This document shows positions 24,860 to 24,920 of a stretch of 24,920 nucleotides of DNA, piece after piece. The position numbers and the translations under genes are program-made. The stretch spans positions 1 to 24,920 of the IMG/VR virus record IMGVR_UViG_3300017909_000505. The stretch is one strand, 5' to 3'. A model generated the notes under the pieces. That model did not search any database, was not told the DNA's origin, and saw only the letters and a list, made by a program, of their open reading frames with translations. The DNA is from a virus. Its lineage: Duplodnaviria; Caudoviricetes. Every line of letters begins with the position of its first letter. Within the stretch, counting starts at the first letter, position 1.

Positions 24860-24920
24860 CCCTGATAGAGATAGCATGATTGAAACTATATTAGATTATA
24901 TGCAAGAGGGTTGGTACGAG
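24852..24920 (+). CDS. Hypothetical protein, 3'-truncated
   Basis: GAGGTG SD; MTNPDRDSMIETILDYMQEGWYE open to window end. Confidence 0.55.
   Translation, partial: MTNPDRDSMIETILDYMQEGWYE

Overview
AT-rich fragment of a tailed dsDNA phage (Caudoviricetes-like), almost all on the + strand, standard genetic code. Order: recombination genes (Cas4-like PD-(D/E)XK nuclease, RuvC-like resolvase), small and large terminase, a class II (B12-dependent) ribonucleotide reductase, portal, HTH-metallophosphoesterase, HK97 gp10-like protein, acidic scaffold, major capsid protein, two accessory virion proteins, an HK97-type prohead protease placed after the capsid gene, about 4.6 kb of low-complexity/basic proteins, then small ORFs, an antisense HNH nuclease and a sigma70-type promoter near the right end. 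Best candidate for a new system: the low-complexity proteins look like polyproteins of unrelated cargo modules joined by a repeated amphipathic linker (S-I-[IV]-K-E-A-x-x-E-L-x-K) ending in a hydrophobic-x-Lys motif that also occurs in capsid, scaffold, portal and protease, suggesting Lys-specific protease-processed internal head cargo. Also seen: apparent total avoidance of CCWGG, an in-frame TAA cutting off the scaffold C-terminus, a repeated TAGTATAAT promoter motif, and several unannotated small peptides. All family calls come from reading motifs by eye; no database searches were run.
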